Origin: Cyanophora paradoxa CCMP329 | Lineage: Eukaryota > Plantae > Glaucophyta | Reading direction: 5' to 3' | Assembly (NCBI GenBank): GCA_004431415.1 | Contig: QPMI01000062.1 | Span: 1 to 64,000, forward strand | DNA length: 64,000 nucleotides | In this document: positions 15,804 through 28,265 of the stretch, piece by piece | How the letters are laid out: every line of letters begins with the position of its first letter | How positions within the stretch are numbered: the stretch's first letter is position 1 | Notes under the pieces: generated by a model | Database searches by the model: none | What the model was told of the DNA's origin: nothing | Seen by the model: the letters and a program-made list of their open reading frames with translations, nothing else | Translations under genes and position numbers: made by a program

Positions 15804-18523
15804 CTAGACGGGGGCCGGGGGCGCGACGCGGGAGGATCTCCTCGCGGAGCCCGGGCCGTCCTCGATGGAGGAGAAGGCCTCCCGGGGGGACCCCGCGCGC
15901 CGCCGCCGCCGCCACGCCCAGAGGGCCACCCCCGCGCCCAGCAGCGCGGCGCAGCCGGCGGCGATGCCCGCCGCGAGGGGCGCCACGGGGAGCTGGGAGC
16001 CCGGGCCGGGGAGGAGGGGCGGGGGCGGGGGCGGCGATGGCGGCGGAGGCGGCGGCGAGGGCGGCGGCCTCGTCGTCGGCGCGCTGCGCGGCGGCGAGGA
16101 CGCCGAGGGAGGCGGCGGCGAGGCGGGAGCGCTTGACGGTGCCGACGGCCTCCGAGCGGGAGACCGAGTCCCCGTTGGCGTCCCGCAGGTCCACCACGGG
16201 CAGGCCTGCGCCGCCGCCGCCGCCGTCAGGGGCGCAGCCGCGCAGCCGCGGGGCGCGCGGGGGCACGGGCCCATGAAGGTGCTGGGGAATCTCTTGAAGA
16301 GGGCGAGGGCGACGGAGGAGAAGGTCGCGCGCATGCCCAGCGTCAGCAGCACCGACCCCGCCGACACCGACTCCACGTTCCACGGCGCCGCCGGGTCCTG
16401 GCCCCGCCCCTCAGCCCCCCGAGGGCGGCAGGGGCCGGGGCCGGGGGCCGGGGGGAGGCGGGACCTGGTCGGGGTTGGAGTACTTGCCGCCCTCGGCGAG
16501 GGAGTTGAAGAGGGCGTCGAGCTGCGCGTAGACGACGTCCCGCGCCCGCGCCTCCTGCGCCCCCGGCGCGAAGATGTCGCGCTTGCCTGCACCCCCGCCC
16601 CCGCCTCAGGCCGCGCGCCGCGCCCGCAGGGCCCGGGGCGGGGGCGGCGGGGGCGGACCGCCGTAGGCGTCGAGGAAGGACATGAAGTCGGCGGTGAGCT
16701 TGATGCTCATCGTCACCTTCTTGACCGTGCGCTGCGGGAAGACCTCCGCCCCGTCCGCCCCGAAGCAGCGCGCGCTCACCACGTCCCCCAGGCTCGCCCC
16801 CGGCGTGCAGCTCCACGTCGCCCCCGACGGGCACCACGGCACGCGGTTCTCCGGGCACGTCGTCAGCCGCGCCGCCCACACCGTGTCCGAGAAGGTCAGC
16901 GCCAGCGCCGGCTGCCTCGCCGCCGAGACGCTCACGCCCGAGGCCGGCAGCAGCGGCGGCGACTCGGTGAGCGTGATGTTCGCGCAGCCGGCCCGCAGGT
17001 ACAGGCACGTCGCCCCCGACGCCGCCGCCGTCCCGTTGCCCGCCGTGGCGGCGGCGGCGCCGGCGGAGAGGCAGCCGAGGGGGATGCACTGGCCGTCGAC
17101 GTTGACGGGGATGGCGGCGCCGACGCAGGAGCCGCCGCCCGACTCGAAGAACTGCACGTCGAAGACGCCCCGGATGAGGCGCCCCGGGAGCTTCTTGCAG
17201 ACGGCGCGGAAGGAGCCGGTGGTGATCTTGCCCAGCGCCTCGAGCTCGCCGGCGGCGCGGCCGGCCACGAGCGCGTCGAAGTACGTCTGCATCCCCGCCG
17301 CCTCGAGCAGCGACGACGTCGCCGTGCACTGCCCGCGCCGGTCGAGCCGGGCGCGCGGGGCGGGGCGGGGCGGGGCGGGGGCCGCACGGTGTCGCGGTCG
17401 ATCTCGGTGAAGGCGGGTCCGAAGGTGGGGAAGCGGGCGAGGAGGGTGCCGTTGCGCAGGCGGGAGGCGGCGGGGCAGCCGGGGGCCGTGAAGAAGCCCT
17501 CGAGCGTGCTCGTGAACTCGGGCCAGACCTCCTCGACGACGGGCGCCGGCGTGGGGCTCGGCGTCGGCGTCGGCGGCGGCGTCTCGACGACGCGGTCCAT
17601 GCCCCCCGCGACGAGCTTCGTCGTGTGCGTCAGCGCGTTCGTCACGTTGTAGCAGCCGACGCGCGCGTAGAGGCAGCCGTAGCTCTCCAGGCACCCGTAC
17701 GGGATGCACTGGTTGATCACGGCCGCCTGCCCGATGTCGATGACGCGCGTCGCGTCCGAGCAGGCGCCCCCGGAGCCGAACTCGTAGAACGTCGGCACCA
17801 GCTGCCCCGCGATCATCACGCCGTACGGCGGCCTCACGCACCGCGCCTGCCGCGGCGCGATGAGCAGGCGGCGCGCGGCGCCGGCGGGGAGCGGTGCGGG
17901 GCGGCCGCGCGCCTGCATCCAGCCGGTCTGGTACGCGAAGAGGTAGCCGAGGGAGCCGTCGTTGCGGCGCTTGAAGTTCACCTCCGCCGACACGATCGCC
18001 GGCTCCAACCCGGCGTGAAAGTGGACGTCCGCCGGCCTGCGCCCCCCGCCCCGTTCGCCCCGCTCGCCTTGGCGGCGCGGGGCCCGGGCACCTCAAGCAG
18101 TCCGTCGGGGACTCTGATGATGAGGACAAGGTCAGAGGCGCATTTATAAGAGCGATAAAACAGCAAGAGCATGTGATTTTACCTATTTCAAAGAACATTG
18201 GACCAAAGCGCGGCATGATCTTGAGCAGGCTCGGGTTAGTGACGGAGCTGGCATTTGTGCACTGCGCGTTCGTGTAGAACCTAGACAAGGGGCGTCAGAG
18301 AGCGGGGGGCCAGGTGCGATGCTCCGCGCTCACCCTTGTATCTGAGGGGCCGCGCGTCAGATCGAGCAGGCAAAGCAGGCGGGAGCACGGCAACCCAGCG
18401 CCCAGACAGGCGGCGCACCGTGAAAGTAAACGCGTTGGCCGAGCTTGCTAGCACCGCTATCAGCGATAGCGATATCAGCAGCCACCGCTGAGCCACCGCC
18501 CGCGAGCTGCCGCTGAGCCGCAT
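15804..18523 (-). CDS. Type I membrane protein with two tandem Cys-rich extracellular domains
   Basis: Signal peptide (WLLISLSLIAVLASSANA), two ~155-aa 8-Cys repeats separated by a PTPT linker, then a C-terminal TM helix (LAAGIAAGCAALLGAGVALWAW) followed by RRRRR. One apparent 1-nt indel near 16020. Confidence 0.7.
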
Positions 18524-18886
18524 CGTGCTGCTTAGCTGGGGCACTCCAACGAAGTGGCTCAGCTAGAACGCATGCGCATGAGCTGAGCTGATATCGCCTG
18601 TCCCCGAGTGAGTCGGTCAAGATGCCCGACAACGTGGCAAGCCAGGACCCTCGGGAGGCTGGGACAGTTCGCACAGCTTGCTGTGATCTATGCTCGTTAA
18701 AGACGCAGGATACCTTCAAGCAGCTGTATTTGCTTTGTGTTTGCTCGCAGCGATGTGACGCTCTACCCCCCATCCATGCCCAGGCTGAGCAGCCCAGCCC
18801 TCCCCTCAGCTCTGAGCCCCTTCGGATCCTGCTGTGAACTTCGGAAACCTCGCGTACGCGTGCGCCATGCACAAGTGAGCCAGAGG

Positions 18887-20648
18887 CTAGCGGCGCGGGG
18901 GGCTCCTGCTTCGGGGCGTCGACTTGCCGCGGCGCCTCCGCCGCCGCTCCAGCTCTTCCCTCCGCACCCAGCGCTGCCCGCGCTTCCGCTCGTGCTCCTT
19001 CAGCTTCTGCGCAGAGCGCGCGCTCGAAGGCCCGGACGCGAGGAGGCGGCGCGGGGCGCCGGCGCACGTGGAGGCGCCCGTAGAGCTGCGGGTCGTCCTC
19101 GTAGGCAGCGATGTCCTCGAGGTGGTCCCGCTTGTTCTGCAGCGGCCTCATCGCCTGCGGCGCCGCATCCCTGCCGCCCCCGCGCCTCGGCCGCGAGCTC
19201 GCCGGGCAGTGGGGCGGGGCGGGGCGGGGGCGGACCCGTCCTCGTCGCCCGGGGCGAGGTGCTTGGCGAAGGGCGTGCGCGAGTCGTCCCGCTGCGGCTC
19301 CATCTCCTGCACGTAGGACGCCCGCTTGCCCCGCACCGTGTCCTCCGGCTGCCCCCACCTCAGCGGCGGGGCGGGGCGGGGCGGGGCGGGGGCGGGGCGG
19401 GGCGGACTGTGACGGTGGTGGTGCGCGTGGCGACGAGGTGCGGGTCCCCGAAGAAGTTCTTCACGTCCTCCTCCGTCAGATCCGGCACCTGTCCCGCACG
19501 GCCCGCTGTCAGCCCGCGGCGCCGGCGGGCGGGGCGGGGCGGGGCGGGGCGGGGCGGGGCGGGCGGGCGGGCCTGGCCGTCGTCGTCGTCGTCCCACTCG
19601 TCGTCGGCCTCGTCGTCCTCGTCCTCGTCCAGGGGCCGCAGGCCGCCCTTCCGCCGGGGCGCCACCTTCGCCAGGAACGCATCGATGTCCCTGCCCCCCG
19701 CCCCGCCCCGCTCGCCCGCGGCCCCGCGGCTCTGGCAGGCGGGCGGGGGGGCGGGGGGGCGGACTCGTCCTCCTTGGGGGCGGCGCGGCCCTGGGAGATG
19801 GCGAGCCACTCGGCCTCGAGGGCCTTCTCGATGGCGTCGAAGTCGGCGCGCTCGCCGGGCGTCAGCCCGTCCTCGTCCTCGTCGCTGCTGCTCGTGCTCT
19901 CCGACGTCTCCCCGCCGCTCTCGCTCGTGCTCTCCTCGTCCTCCTCCTCCGCGAGCTCGCCCCCGAAGCGCACCTCGTCGCCCAGCTCCACCAGCAGCTG
20001 CTCCTCGTCCACCTCCTCCTCGTCCGGCACCAGCCGCTCCTCCTCCCGGTCGAAGTGCTGCACCGCCCCCTGCTCCTGCTGCGCCAGCGCCCCGCTGTCG
20101 CTCGCAACCAGCTCTGCGCACGCACCGGCATTAGCGGGTAACGCAGGGACGCGGCGCGGGGCGGACGTACGCTTTCCGAACGGCGTGATGGGCGTACCGC
20201 CCGCCATGGCACGATCGCGGAAGCTGTGGAGCTCTCGTTCGAGCTCCTCGGCGTCTACGGGAGACCCAGACGTTAGCTAAAGCTCACGAAGCGCCACGAC
20301 GCCGCGCGCGCCTTCTTCCGAGAGCTCGTCCATCCGCCGGCGCGCCTCGGCGCCCTTGCCGCGCGCCATCAGATCGATCACCTCTGGAGCGGTGATGCGC
20401 GTGCGGATCTTGAGCTTGGCCTGCATCTTGTCGTCGAACATCGCGTCGAGGTCGTCGTCGTCGTCCTCGTCGTCGCGCGGCGGCGGCGGCGGCGCGTTCC
20501 GCTTCGTCGCCAGTCCGCGGTGGCGCACCCCGGCGAGGCTGAACCGCTCCAGATGAGGGATCGCATGCCGCACGCTCAGACGCGGCGCACACAGCCGCGC
20601 CGCCGACGCTTGTCGCAGCGCCGGCGCGATTCGAAAGAGGCCGAGCAT
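18887..20648 (-). CDS. Hypothetical acidic protein, likely mitochondrion-targeted
   Basis: The Arg/Leu/Ala-rich N-terminus MLGLFRIAPALRQAS...RGLAT looks like a presequence. It is followed by D/E-rich tracts and a basic C-terminus ending SRSPPRR*. Confidence 0.55.
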
Positions 20649-21146
20649 GTCGGCCGCAGCACTGCGTCGAACGCCCGCGATCTATAGCTAGTACGCCGCG
20701 AATCAATCCGAAGCTCCTATAGCTATAGATCTGCAGCTGTCAACGTCGCCCGCCAGTCGTCCAACGTTAACCCTGCGGCCAGCTGAGGCTCCAGTACCCT
20801 TCGAATTCAGCCGAACTTCGGAAAGTTCTGAGGTCGAGCTACCTTGAGCTTTGCATGCGCAGTCCCGGCCCTGCTGTAGCTGGGCACTGGCCCCTGGGTC
20901 TTGAGTCTCTATGCACTGCGGCATTGGAATCGCCTGGTTAAAATGCCCTGAACGAACACGGCCTGTGACACGCGTCTACGGTATACTCGACGGTATACGT
21001 GGATCGCTTTCGCCTTAAAATGCTGTCTGTTCCATGCCCCTACCTAGCCCCTCGATCTGCCTGCCTACCGCCGCCCAGATGCCTGCCTAGTCGCTGCAGC
21101 GGGGTCAGCAGGGGCGGGCGAGCTCGAGGCGGGCTCGGCGGGGCGC

Positions 21147-23231
21147 TCACTTGTACACTTGGGAGAAGAAGGGGTGCTTGAGGGCGTCGCGGGCGGAGAT
21201 GCGGCGCCGCGGGTCGTACTCGAGGAGCTCCGTCACGAGGTCGAGGAAGAGGCGGTGCTCCTTCGCGACGAGGCTCTGCGCGCCCCGCCCCCGCGGCCTC
21301 AGCGGCGCCGGCGCCGGCTCAAGCGCGAGGGTGGGGGCTTGACGCGGACCCGGAGGCGGTGCATGCGGCGGACGTGGCGGACGGAGGAGGAGGAGGAGGC
21401 GCCCTCGGGCCAGCGGAGGGTCCCGTCGGCGAAGAAGTACTTCCGCGCCGACCGCCTGCCGCCCCGTCACGCCCACGGCCGGCGGGGCGAGGGGGCGGGC
21501 GGGCGCACGAGGCGGAGCGGGACATGGAGGTGGGGATGCGCCCGCTCACGCGCTCCATCATCGCCTGCCCCGCGCGCGCCCGTTAGGTGGCACGCGGAGA
21601 GCTGCTGGCCGAGCGGCCGCGCACGAGGTGCTCGAGGTTCTCGTGCGTCTGGTACAGCGCGTCTCCCGTGTAGAGCTCGATCTGCGCCGGCGTGAGGCGG
21701 CGCGCCCGGGCCCGGGCGGGCGGGCGGGGGGCGCACCGCAATGCAGCCCACGGACCAGATGTCGCAGGGGTATGACCTGCCTCCGAGCGTCAGCTCCGGC
21801 TGGGGCGGCGGGCGGACGGGGGCGGGCGCGCCAGCCGAGGCCGAGGATGACCTCCGGGGCGCGGTAGTGGCGGGTGCAGACGGTGCTCGTGTGGTGCTGG
21901 TCCTCGAACGTCGCGCTCCCGAAGTCGATGATCTTGACGGCCGTGTCCTGCCCGCCAGCCGCCCCGGCGTGGGCTCGGGGCTGCGGCGGGCGCGGGGGCG
22001 GGGCGGGGCGCGCACGACGGGGACGCGGTACGGGTGCGGGGTGGAGGTCGTGCCCGGGTCGGAGACGTAGCCGCCGTTGACGAGGAGCACGTTCTCGGGC
22101 TTCAGGTCCGTGTGCACCAGCCGCAGCGTGTCGTGCAGGACTGCGCCCCCGTGAGCCGCCGCCCGACGCCTCGGGCGCCCCCGGAGCGGGCGCGAGGGAG
22201 CGCACAGGCGAGGGACTGGAGGATCTGCCGGGTGATGTGCTGCGTGTCCCGCATCGAGAAAGGCCGGTACAGGTTTTTCCTCAAGAAGTCGTAGAGGGAG
22301 AGCCCTGCGCGGCCGCTCGCCCGAGGGGCGAAGGAACGCCGCGGGCGCCCACGCACCCAGCTTCTCGAACACCATGCAAACGTGCCCGCGGTAGTCGAAC
22401 CAGGACAGCAGGTTCACACAGCCGCTCCTGCGCAAACGTCATTGGGGGGCTCAGGGCGGGCTGCGGGGCGCCGCGGACCGTTTGCCGTCGGGATCCGACT
22501 TGCTAATCTCCTTTAAAATGTCGATCTCTATGAGCGCGGCCTCCCGGTACTTGTCGACCGCCCTGATAATCTTGACCGCGACGTAGTCCTTCTTCTCGCG
22601 GTCCCAGCATTCCTGCGGGAGCCCAAGTGAGCCCCTGGGCTCTCTCAGCGGCAGATGCATTCACGAACCACGCATTTGCCGAACGTCCCCTCCCCCAGCA
22701 GCGACAGAATCTTGTCTGCGCGGGCCGATTCAACGGCTGGGACGGAGGGCGCCGCGGAGGCGCACAGCGTGGCGTCAGGCTTTCGCCCAGGTAGAAAACG
22801 TAATGGCCGTCCTTGTCGTCGTAGTTGTTGCTGTAGTCCTTCTTCGCCGACTCTCTGCTCTCTGAGCGCGATCCTGACCCGCTCGCGCTCCGGCTCTTGC
22901 TGCGGCTGCGGCTGCGGCTCCGCGAGGCTCGTGCTGACGACCGCCGCCGAGAGCGAGACCTATCCTGCTCCCCGCCATCCTGTCTGGAGCGCCTCCGCCT
23001 CCGCTTGTCCCTGTCGGTGCTGTCGGCATCCCGCCGCTGTGAGTCGCTCCTCCGTCGACGGCTGCCGTTGCTTCTGCTGCTTCTGCTTCGCGCGTCGCTG
23101 CTATGCTTCCTCTTCTCACGCTTCGCGGCGTACTTGTCGACAGTGCTCGAATCGCGCTCGCCGCTAGACCTCCGATACCGCCTGGGCTCTCGACTGTCCT
23201 CGCGGTCGCGCTCCCGTCCCCGGTCTCCCAT
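21147..23231 (-). CDS. LAMMER/CLK-family dual-specificity kinase with an RS-rich N-terminus
   Basis: [36 protein letters not shown], and the EHLAMMERV signature (split by an intron). The N-terminus is Arg/Ser-rich. Confidence 0.95.
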
Positions 23232-23361
23232 TGCGCTCCGCTCGAACGACGGTATTGTGCACTGTACCCGTCACCGGGACCGCCGCTTGCCTTTCCGCGA
23301 GCTAGGGAGCCCCAAGAGCGATGCCAAAGTGCAGTAGCTTGCAGGCCGAGACGATCTTAGC

Positions 23362-25714
23362 ATGATTCTTGCTGCCGCCGGGGTGCGTACCATTCGCGCT
23401 GCCGCCGCTGCCCGGCTCACGCCCGCTAAGCCTCAGGGACGGCGGCCCGGCGCTCGCCGCGGCGCGAGGTGGTCGGCGCTGCTCGCCGCCCTCGCCCTCG
23501 TGCAGCTACAGTGGCTGCCCGCGCTGGCCGAGCAGCCAGGCGGGGCCCCGAGCGCCGAGGGGGAGCCCGCGGTCTCGGGACCGCTGTCCCCTGTGCCAGT
23601 TCTGGGCATCGTGGCGTCGGACTGCGACGCGCGCTGCCTGCTGGACAGCGTCGCCAGCGTGGACTATCCCGTCGAGCGCGTGGTCATCGTGCGCGGCGAC
23701 TCCATCGCGTACGTGACGGAGGCGACGGCGGAGCAGCTGCACGACGCGATCCCGCAGCTGGAGCTGCTGGACGTGTTCCGCGAGGGGAACGCGACGGGCG
23801 CGGAGGAGCGCGGTCGGGCGGTCGTCGCCGGCTGGAACCGCGTGCTGGCGTACCTGACGCAGGGGGAGGAGGAGGCGCCGGAGGAGCGGCTGGACCCGGA
23901 CGCGCCAGCCGGGGACGAGCGGTACGCGGTGATCGTCGGGGGCGGCGGGGAGCTCTCGCCTGGCACGCTCTCCCGCCTCGCCGGCTTCATGGAGGAGAAC
24001 CGCGGGGCCGGCCTCCTCGCCTGGCTCCGCATGCCCGCCGCTGCCTCCCCGCACGGCTACGGCTTCGCCGTCTCCGCCTCCGCCGCCCGCCGCGCCGGCC
24101 CCATGGACGAGTCAGCCCCGGGCCCCGCCTGCGCGGCGGCCGAGTTCCGGCAGCGCGCCTGGCGGCACCGCGTCGCCCAGCTGAACATCGCCGACTCGGA
24201 GGCGGGGCGGCCGCCGGCCCCGGCCCGCATCGACGCCTGGCTGCGGGACGGGCGCCCGCTGCCCCCGACGCCGGCATCTCCCCCGCCTGCGCCGCCCACC
24301 TCGCCGCCGCCCGCCGCCGGCCGGTGGCCCCGGCCGCGGAAGCCGTCGGGGTCAAGGCGGACGGGGCGGGGGGCGGCGCGCCGGCGCTGCGCGTGCTCTT
24401 CGCGAGCGACAAGTTCCTGGGGCACCGGGACCACCGGCTGCTGCGGTACGAGATCGCGGCGGCGCACGGGGTGCTGGACGTCACGGGGGTGCGGGTGCCG
24501 CACGAGCAGCTGGCGCGGCTGCGGGCCTCGGGCGCCCTCTTCGAGCACACCGTGACGATGTGCTACCCGGGCCTCGTCTTCGCCTGGCGCGCCGACTTCC
24601 TCCTCTCCCTCGACTCCCCGCCCCACGCCCCCAACGTGCCCCGCCCCGCCCGCCCCCCCGCGCCCCTTCCAGCCGCCCCCGACGCCCCCCGCAGCTCACG
24701 CGGGCGATCCTGGAGGAGTACGACGTCGTCATCACGATCTCGCCGCTGGCGCTGCCGCCCGTCTCCCGGCCCCAGGTGCCCCGCCCCGCCCCGAGAGCGG
24801 GGCCCGCTCTCGCGGGCGACGCCCCCGCAGGTGCGGCTGATGATGCCCTCGGAGCCGATCTTCGTGGACGAGTGGCGAGAACAGGCGCCGCCCCGCCCAC
24901 CGGCCCCGCCGCCCGGCGCCCCAACCCACCTGGCGCCGCCCCGCAGATGCCTGCCGACTACTGCCCCGTCATCCTCGACAACTTCAGGTGCGCCGGCCCC
25001 GCATGCGCACACCTCTCCTCGCCCCCCTCGCCCCGCCCCGCCCTCGCTCACGCGTACCCAGCAACGACCGCACGTACCCCGCCGTCGCCATCTGGTGCGA
25101 CCTGTGCCCTCCCGCCACGCATGCCGCCCCGCGCGCCTCACGCGGGACAGGTATCGGTACCTGATCAAGGAGATGCGGGCCTTTGCGGAGGGCGAGAAGC
25201 GGCGGGCCGTCCTCATCGGCAAGGCCGACAACCGCACCGCCCTCGAGGCCCGCCCCAGCCCGCCCCCTCCCCGCCGCGCACCCCTTCCTCACGCCCGCGG
25301 CAGGCGGAGCTGCGGGGCCGCGGCTACGAGGTTTTCCAGCAGGGCGCCTTCGCGTCGGTGCCGTACTCGCGCTTCTACGGGGCCTTCGCGCGCTGCAAGT
25401 ACGCGATCCACGTGGACACGTGGCCCTCGGCCGGCCAGATCCTCGCCGAGTCCGCCGTCCTGGGCGTCATCGCCTTCGCGCCGCCGGAGCGGCTCTACCA
25501 ACGGCTGCTCTTCCCGCGCTTCTGCCGGGTGGCGAGCGTGGAGGAGGCGGTGGCGAAGATCGAGCAGGTCGAGGCGAACGCAACGCTCTACTGGGAGCTG
25601 CGCGCCACCATCGAGGCCCGCGTCCGCAAGCTCGACCACGAGAACCTCTACCCCGTCTCCGACCTCCTCGACTCCATCCCCTCCCGCGACCCCCGCTGCG
25701 ACCTCCAGCGCTAG
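23362..25714 (+). CDS. Secretory-pathway glycosyltransferase-like protein (degenerate GT-A/GT2-like domain plus GT-B-like domain)
   Basis: Hydrophobic signal/anchor. VPVLGI...LLDSVASVDYPVERVVIV and VAGWNRVL resemble a GT2 fold. C-terminal CKYAIHVDTWPSAGQILAESAVLGV resembles a GT-B nucleotide-sugar-binding segment. Apparent indel near 24263. Confidence 0.6.
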
Positions 25715-25992
25715 CTGTAGCGCGGCCGCGGCCAGCTAGCGCCAGCGCCGGCGCCAGCTAGCGCTTCATCCCTTTCCCTCCCGGGCGTCAGATTGAGACC
25801 TGTGTGAACTGCTTATTTCATTTGCTAAGCTCGGGCTCCAGGCCTAGGACAGCGCCGGCGCCGCGCGGCCGGCGCCGCGCGCGACTGCTGGAGCGCGTAC
25901 GTTAACCCCCCCCCCCCCCCCGCGTTTGCCGCCGGGGTAGGCGCACTGCCGAAAGTTCCAGCGCCGGAAGTAGCAGGCGCGCGCGTGGAGCC

Positions 25993-27987
25993 ATGCAGCG
26001 CGGCGGCGGAAACAACACTAAGTTCTACGAGGTGCTCGGGGTCGACAAGAGCGCATCCGAGGATGAGATCAAGAAGGTTCGCTGCCGGCTCTCGACCACC
26101 CGACGCACGCCCCCGCCTTCCCTCCGGAACTGACGCACTTCTTTGCGCGTTGCGCCCAGGCGTACCGCAAGCTCGCCGTGAAGCTCGTGCGTCGCTCACG
26201 CGCATTTTGGCTCGGCCCACCTGACGCACGCGACTGACGCTGCCGAACAGCACCCGGACAAGAACCCGAACAATCCTGAGGCGGAAGCCAAGGTGCGCAG
26301 CCGCCGGAGGGCAGGCAAACAGCGCTGCCCTGAGCCTATGCATCTTCGCGCTCTCTCATGCATCGGCGAGCAGTTCAAGGAGATCAGCGCGGCCTACGAG
26401 GTTCTTTCCGATGCGGAGAAGCGCAAGATCTATGATATGTACGGCGAGGAGGGCCTCGAGGGTGGAGGCGCCACGCACAACCCCTTCGATATCTTCGAGT
26501 CGTTCTTCGGCGGCGGCGGCGGCGGCTTCTTCGGTTCGCGACATTACCGCGCCGCTTCCTTTTCCATGTTCCCTTCTTGCTGAAAGCCTCGGCGTTCAGG
26601 CGGCGGCGGCCGTGGCCGTGGCGGCCCGCGCGGTCCCCGCAAGGGCGAGGACGTCGTTCACCCCCTGGCCGTCAACCTCGAGGATCTCTACAAGGGCAAG
26701 ACCACTAAGCTCGCGCTCAACAAGCACGTTATCTGCACAACTTGCGAAGGGTGCGAGGCTTTCGAGGCTTTCTGTTTCTTCGCCGCGCTCTCCAAGTAGC
26801 TGGCGTGCGCGCGGAAACGCTCACGCTTTCCTCGATGCGCAGCAAGGGGAGCAAGGGCCAGGGCGCCGTGCAGAAGTGCTATGCTTGCCATGGCTCCGGT
26901 GTGAAGATCACCATCCGCCAGGTGATAGCGCGCGCGCGCCGAATCTTTCCTGCGCAAGGAACTCATTTCGTCCTTGTAGCTTGGACCCGGCATGGTCCAG
27001 CAGATGCAGTCGACCTGCCCGGAGTGCAGAGGAGAAGGTTCGGGAATGTGTGGCGGCTCCGCGTTCCTTTCTGAGCAGCAGCCCGCAGGCGAGGTCATTG
27101 CGGACAAGGACCGCTGCCAGTCCTGCAAGGGCAAGAAGGTGGTGCAGGAGCGGAAGGTGAGCCGCGCCGTACCCGCCGCGCGGAACGTCGCTGACCGTTC
27201 CCCAACCTTCAGGTGCTCGAGGTGCACATAGACAAGGGCATGCAGCACGGGCAGAAGATCCAGTTCACCGGCGAGGCCGATCAGGCGGTGCGCTGCGCCG
27301 CTGGCGTGTCGCGCGCGCCCCGCTGAGGCGCCGGCGCAGCCGGACATCGTGCCGGGCGACATCATCATCGTCCTTCAGCAGAAGGAGCACGCGCGCTTCA
27401 AGCGCGTGAACGTCGACGACCTGTACGTGGAGCAGACGATCACGCTGAAGGAGGCGCTGTGCGGTGCGGAGTTCATCATCGAGCACCTGGACGGGCGCAA
27501 GCTGGTCGTCAAGACGGCGCCGGGCGAGATCATCAAGCCGGGCGACCTCAAGGCGATCCCTGACGAGGGCATGCCGCACTACAAGCGCCCGTTCGACAAG
27601 GGCCGCCTCTTCGTCAACTTCACCCTCAAGTTCCCCGAGAAGGGGCAGCTCACCGCCGACCAGCTCTCCGTCCGCCCTCCCCGCGCCCCCGTCCCTTTGT
27701 GCGGCGCTGATCCCGCCCCGCCCCTGCGCAGGCCCTGGAGAAGGTGCTCCCGAAGGGCCCGCCGGTCAACTACAACCCGCAGGACGTGGAGATCGTCTCT
27801 CTCATCGACGTCGACCCCGCACAGGCGCGCCCTCCCCCTCGCCCTCGCTCGCCGCGCTGTCGGTCGGGGCCTGACGGGCGCGCAGGAGCGGGAGCGGAAC
27901 CGCGGCCGCCGGGGCGAGCACTACGAGAGCGACGACGAGGACGGCGGCGGCCACCGGCGCGCTGGCGTCCAGTGCGCCCAGCAATGA
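25993..27987 (+). CDS. Cytosolic type I DnaJ (YDJ1/DNAJA-like), farnesylated
   Basis: [14 protein letters not shown] region, four Zn-finger repeats, [20 protein letters not shown] and a C-terminal CaaX motif (CAQQ*). Confidence 0.96.
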
Positions 27988-28265
27988 TTTTTCAAGCGTA
28001 GACAGTTCAGCGCAGGCCGTAGTTCGCGTATCGCACACCGTCAATCACAAACAGTGTCGTTGCGTCGCCCGCTCGCGCGCGCACGTCGCTCTTCAGCCGC
28101 ATGCTCGGGGGCGACGGGTTGAATTCACTTTATTTCCTTCTTCAAAAATGCCTACATGTACACTAGCGACATATAGGCATGCATGGACATCTCTTTCCCA
28201 CCAAAATTACATCTGCTGTGGTCCGGCGTTCACCGCGCTGCACTGTACGTCTCCAAGGCTTCGAC

